From positions 1-64,000 of IMG/VR virus record IMGVR_UViG_3300044551_000092: a DNA stretch of 64,000 nucleotides; one strand, 5' to 3'. This document shows positions 60,030-64,000 of the stretch, piece after piece. Under the pieces are notes generated by a model. The model did not search any database. It was not told the DNA's origin and saw nothing but the letters and a program-made list of their open reading frames with translations. The DNA comes from a virus. Lineage: Duplodnaviria; Caudoviricetes. The position numbers and the translations under genes are program-made. Numbering within the stretch: position 1 is the stretch's first letter; the number at the start of each line of letters is the position of its first letter.

Positions 60030-60411
60030 CGTGAAACTCCTTTCGATTGCACTTTCATGGCTGAGTGCGAACCAAGTTTGTGAGTTTGTTGATGGGGTGG
60101 GGCACCGAACGCTGCCAAAACCATCAACAAACTACACTAGGTACCTCCCGCAATTTTTTATAAAAATTGTTCTGCAATAAGTGATTTTCCTAAAATAGCC
60201 ATCAAGCAAATCATTCTGTGTTAAGTTTATGGCGATTAATCTTTAGAAAATAAAATAAGATGATCGTGTTGATTTGCCCTTTTATAAGTCACTAATTGTA
60301 GAATAAAGATAATAAATTTTCTAAAAATAAAGCACAAATTATCAAAAGTATGATAAAATTGTTTTGTGTTCATATTGCGTTACATTTATCTAAAGAAATG
60401 GGGAAGGTATT

Positions 60412-60849
60412 TTGATTGAATGGATAGACTGCCCCAAGGGAGGTCATAAAATAAAAGAGACAGCAAGTTTGAGTTATCTTCATGGTCTCTGGTTCGGGAC
60501 TCGCTGGTCTTACATTTTTGAGAATTATGAATATGCACATGTGGGGGTTGACCGTAAAGAAGACAAGATTATTATTAATCTAGTTAAAGATTTGTCAGAG
60601 GTAAAAAATCAAAGCAGCATAGTTCTACTCAGAAAAAACATTCGAGAATTTAGGCGATTTCCTTTTCCAGGAAGAGGACGCCGGACAACGAAGTCTGATT
60701 TAATGTCTGTATATGTTGGCCCAAATAGGTTAGGAAAAGCAATATTTTCTATGTTGTCTCTAAAAATAGCAAAGAAATACAATCCATGTATTACGTGGGA
60801 TGAAAAAGAAAGAACACTCACTTTATCTGTTGATCGATCTAATGAATAA
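60412..60849 (+). CDS. Hypothetical protein
   Basis: GGGGAAGG RBS; resembles 60980-61381. Confidence 0.6.
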   Translation: MIEWIDCPKGGHKIKETASLSYLHGLWFGTRWSYIFENYEYAHVGVDRKEDKIIINLVKDLSEVKNQSSIVLLRKNIREFRRFPFPGRGRRTTKSDLMSVYVGPNRLGKAIFSMLSLKIAKKYNPCITWDEKERTLTLSVDRSNE

Positions 60850-60979
60850 TCAACTTGATCAAATTAACAGTTAGAAATAAAGAGGGTGTGGTCTTAGAAT
60901 GCTTTTTCCTGCTGACTGAGAAACGAAAGATGTTTCACGATTAATCTAAAATTTAGTAAAACAGAGGAGTGGATAGTAC

Positions 60980-61381
60980 ATGGTTTGGTTAGATCAACAA
61001 GTTGCGGAGCGAAAAGAGAGCAAGGTTGGGCAATGGCAGCTAAAGAATTATCAAGCCTCTATTTCTAAAAGAACGTTACGGTTTTCAGCCACGCTGACTC
61101 AAGCGTTAGACGGATACCGGTACGTTGAGGATGTTAGAATGGACCCGGATAAAGGATTAATTACCATTCGTTTAAATCAGTCGGATCGGGCTGGTTATCA
61201 ATATGTCTTATCGGTTATTCATGCGGATGACCGCCAAGACCGCTTTTGCATCAACAATGCCGAGTTGATACATACCTTAAAGCGGTTATTTCCGCAACTT
61301 CAAAAGTTTAGTCACCGTATGCAGGCGACTTGGAAGGCCAGACGTCATACGTTGATTATTGACACACTGACTGGGCGATAA
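60980..61381 (+). CDS. Hypothetical protein
   Basis: GAGGAG RBS. Confidence 0.6.
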   Translation: MVWLDQQVAERKESKVGQWQLKNYQASISKRTLRFSATLTQALDGYRYVEDVRMDPDKGLITIRLNQSDRAGYQYVLSVIHADDRQDRFCINNAELIHTLKRLFPQLQKFSHRMQATWKARRHTLIIDTLTGR

Positions 61382-61382
61382 C

Positions 61383-61829
61383 ATGGTTGAATTAATCTCT
61401 CAATATCTTAGATACGCAAAAAAGGTTAAGGGTGTCTATATCCTGAGAGTTCCCGTTGATCTAGACTACATGACGGTAAAAGGAATTAAACAGGTTTGGG
61501 ACGAGATGGTAAAGAAGAAAAAAATTAAAGAGCCGCTGATGATTATACCGACGACAAGTCAATTAACTTATATTGATTCGTTTAGCTTTTCACAAGCAAT
61601 GAAACTGGTGATCAGTGGGGCGTTGGTTACACGTAAACACTGGAACACAAAGGCTTTTGTCTATAAAAAGAAACAATACGATGATACGAACAGTGACGAA
61701 TACCTTAATTTTTATGATGGGAATGGGCAAAGCCATATTTATTGTCCCACGATTGATGATTTACAGGCTCAGGATTGGTCAATCAGTTCAATGGATAAGG
61801 CTACAAGCATATCACCAGAAAACAGGTGA
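61383..61829 (+). CDS. DUF2829 / Tad2-like domain fused to an N-terminal extension
   Basis: FSQAMK....G..VTRKHWN...YCPTIDDLQAQDWSI. Confidence 0.72.
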   Translation: MVELISQYLRYAKKVKGVYILRVPVDLDYMTVKGIKQVWDEMVKKKKIKEPLMIIPTTSQLTYIDSFSFSQAMKLVISGALVTRKHWNTKAFVYKKKQYDDTNSDEYLNFYDGNGQSHIYCPTIDDLQAQDWSISSMDKATSISPENR

Positions 61830-61833
61830 TTCG

Positions 61834-62043
61834 ATGAAACAGTATTATTATTCCGCCGACACAGGCTGTCCCGAATTAAGCAATCAGTTACTCGGACCGA
61901 TAAGCCAAAATGATTTAGAGGCATTGCGTGTTCACTTTAATGAAACGCACAATATCCGCTACTTTAAGAAGAATTGGGGACAATGGATCGAATTGTATGC
62001 TAAAAAAATAGTCATTTTTCAGAAAGTCGATCAACTCAGCTGA
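61834..62043 (+). CDS. Hypothetical protein
   Basis: AGGTGA RBS before MKQYYY. Confidence 0.5.
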   Translation: MKQYYYSADTGCPELSNQLLGPISQNDLEALRVHFNETHNIRYFKKNWGQWIELYAKKIVIFQKVDQLS

Positions 62044-62057
62044 AAGAGGAATGAATT

Positions 62058-62315
62058 ATGAATGGGCGAATACCAAGTCCGATGCGACGGAAGATTATGC
62101 ATCTTCGATTTGTAGAACAGGTTAAGGGAATTTATCTCTACATTAAAGATTCTAAAGATCCGGTAGCCAAGCGACAAATTTTAGAAGAATTTAGTTATTT
62201 AAGCGATAGTTCACTTACGAATTATCTAAAGAACATGGTGGATGTAAACATTATTACTCGAATTAAACGCGGTTACTATACTGTGACGCCGAGTAATCGA
62301 AAAGTGAAATACTAA
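62058..62315 (+). CDS. Winged-helix DNA-binding protein (Rok C-terminus-like)
   Basis: SSLTNYLKNMV...ITRIKRGYY. Confidence 0.55.
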   Translation: MNGRIPSPMRRKIMHLRFVEQVKGIYLYIKDSKDPVAKRQILEEFSYLSDSSLTNYLKNMVDVNIITRIKRGYYTVTPSNRKVKY

Positions 62316-62331
62316 AAGCGGGGAGAAAATA

Positions 62332-62670
62332 ATGACAAAAACAGGGCAAGAACAGTTTGATCAAGCGGCGGCGCTGGTCAATTATGTGAATCATTATGAG
62401 CATGACATCTATGAGAACAGTGGTAATAGCTATGCGGACTTCTTTTTACATGGACTTGCCAGTACGCTATATAACAAAGAAAATCTGGAGCGACGGATTG
62501 AACAGCTGACAAGGGACTTAGCCCAAATGGTTCATAGCAAAGAAATTGTTGAAAAAAACATTGCTCAATTTAAAGAGCAGTTTGAAAATGTACTGACGCC
62601 TGCCGACTGGGATCAATTGATAAAACAAAAATGGGCTGAGCTTAAAAAAGGGAAAAATAAAACAACTTGA
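62332..62670 (+). CDS. Hypothetical coiled-coil protein
   Basis: GGGGAG RBS. Confidence 0.6.
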   Translation: MTKTGQEQFDQAAALVNYVNHYEHDIYENSGNSYADFFLHGLASTLYNKENLERRIEQLTRDLAQMVHSKEIVEKNIAQFKEQFENVLTPADWDQLIKQKWAELKKGKNKTT

Positions 62671-62872
62671 GAACTTTAAAATGAGAAAAAGAAGAGGTGA
62701 TTTAGTTGGAGCAACAGGAAATCGATAAAACAGTCAATCATGTACTTGAGCTTCTTCCTGAGACATTTGATAAGTCAAAAAGTTCAAACACACGAATATT
62801 GATTTCGGCGATTGTAACGGCATTAAAACAGTAAGAAATGAATGAATTAGTATTGTGAGGGGGACTTACTTT

Positions 62873-63214
62873 ATGATGGGAATCATTGAAGTTGCAAAAG
62901 CGTGTCATCAGGTTAATAAAGCATATTGCGAAGCGTTAGGCGATCATTCACAAGTGGTTTGGGAAGACGCAAGCGAGGGGCAGAAGGCCAGCGTGATTGA
63001 CGGGGTACGGCTGATTTTGGATCACCCGGACACAACGCCGGAAGAAGCACATGAAAACTGGCGAAAATGGAAGATAGCGGATGGCTGGACTTATGGCAAG
63101 GTGAAAGATGAGAAAAAGAAGACGCATCCGGATATGGTGCCGTTCGATCAGCTGCCGGTCGAACAACGGGCCAAAGATTTTATTTTTAATGCAGTCGTTC
63201 ATATCTTTATGTGA
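62873..63214 (+). CDS. RyR-domain phage protein
   Basis: HENW...K..DGWTYG...D..KKTHPDMVPFDQLP..Q..KD. Confidence 0.85.
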   Translation: MMGIIEVAKACHQVNKAYCEALGDHSQVVWEDASEGQKASVIDGVRLILDHPDTTPEEAHENWRKWKIADGWTYGKVKDEKKKTHPDMVPFDQLPVEQRAKDFIFNAVVHIFM

Positions 63215-63837
63215 GGATTTTGTTTATGTCAGCCAGCAAAGAGGAACTGCTTAAGCGGATTAGCTGTATTATTAAAAAGCAATATGATTCCTTGATTATT
63301 CTAAAAGTTAGTAACCATTCAGTGTTGATGCTTAACGTCATTCGGAATGTCTATGGCTATTCTCGTCAGTCCATTGCGTCGGCTGAGGAAAAGATCAACG
63401 AGCTGCTTGATTTCTATGACGATTCACTTTGCTGCAGATTCAGTAACGGCTCAACGATAAATATTGTAGATTATGAGCTATGTAGCCATAAGGACGAGGC
63501 AATGATAGAAAGAAAACTTATTAGAAAATATCAACGAGAAAAAAGAGGAACTAAATGCATGAAAATGAGTATTAGAAATTTAGAAAACTGCTTCAATGGA
63601 GCAATGGAACAAGAACATACTTATATTGCTGTGGCTGTAAAAATTAAAGATGCAGGAGTTCCGGAGTTTATCATCAACCACCTGTCTAATTTCAAAGCTA
63701 AGTTGGATTACTATAAAGCGCATTATACAAAGGATTTAAAATTAAGGACTTCACAGGATATCCGCATTGTCGCTTTTGCTTTTGGTGATAGTTTTAAAGA
63801 ACTTGAAGATAAGCTGATAAATCAGATTGTGAGATAA
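63211..63837 (+). CDS. Hypothetical protein, possibly two genes in one frame
   Basis: Internal AGAGG RBS before MKMSIRN. Confidence 0.55.
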   Translation: MRILFMSASKEELLKRISCIIKKQYDSLIILKVSNHSVLMLNVIRNVYGYSRQSIASAEEKINELLDFYDDSLCCRFSNGSTINIVDYELCSHKDEAMIERKLIRKYQREKRGTKCMKMSIRNLENCFNGAMEQEHTYIAVAVKIKDAGVPEFIINHLSNFKAKLDYYKAHYTKDLKLRTSQDIRIVAFAFGDSFKELEDKLINQIVR

Positions 63838-63844
63838 TCTAAGA

Positions 63845-63882
63845 GGAGTAATATCTAAAAATTATAGGTATTACTCTTTTTT
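63845..63882 (+). terminator. Intrinsic terminator
   Basis: GGAGTAATATCTA/TAGGTATTACTCT followed by a T-run. Confidence 0.7.
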
Positions 63883-64000
63883 CGCTTGAATATGCTTGAT
63901 AATTCCGCATATTTAGTATATTATAATAATATAAAACACAGGGAAACGGAAAAAGCAGAAAAATCTCCGACTGTCTGTCTATGATATGGAATCATCTAAC

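Larger units (their letters stand above)
9048..64000. mobile_element. Segment of a large phage or phage-plasmid (non-structural region, SPbeta/jumbo-like)
   Basis: Dense co-oriented small ORFs; own RNAP, RecA, SSB, ThyX, RtcB, tRNA, Gam, Tad2-like; boundaries uncertain and no att or integrase seen. Confidence 0.8.

Noticed and set aside
9048-64000. Stop-codon reassignment
   Set aside because: The interrupting stops are of all three types, and all three are used as normal gene ends
9048-64000. Virion, terminase, integrase or cas genes
   Set aside because: No recognisable motifs in this window

Overview
Low-GC Firmicute (Bacillales-like) DNA in two parts. (1) 1-9 kb: the trailer half of a type I-C CRISPR array (about 60 complete 32-bp repeats; no cas genes in the window), cut off inside a repeat by an IS3-family element. 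It is followed by a decayed IS3 copy, an IS256 remnant and a CgeB-like glycosyltransferase. (2) 9-64 kb: a gene-dense segment of a large phage or phage-plasmid, almost all on the minus strand up to about 60 kb and then on the plus strand. No virion or integrase genes are visible. It encodes a YonO/RdRP-like single-subunit RNA polymerase, RecA, SSB, an SNF2 helicase, ThyX, a NrdG-like protein, RtcB, three RNase H homologues, a ubiquitin-like E2/Ubl/E1 trio, a SLOG-macro-NADAR cluster, a Tad2-like protein, a Ycf46/DUF1257/DUF2997 module and a tRNA-Trp. The two most striking unexplained signals are non-coding. (a) An oriented covarying mini-hairpin, GCC-TRTC-GGC-nn-ATG, sits just upstream of nine minus-strand genes and is a candidate hairpin promoter for the element's own RNA polymerase. 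(b) Four tRNA-like RNAs keep the acceptor, D and T arms but carry unrelated 64-117 nt structured inserts in place of the anticodon arm. All calls are by-eye motif recognition; no searches were run.
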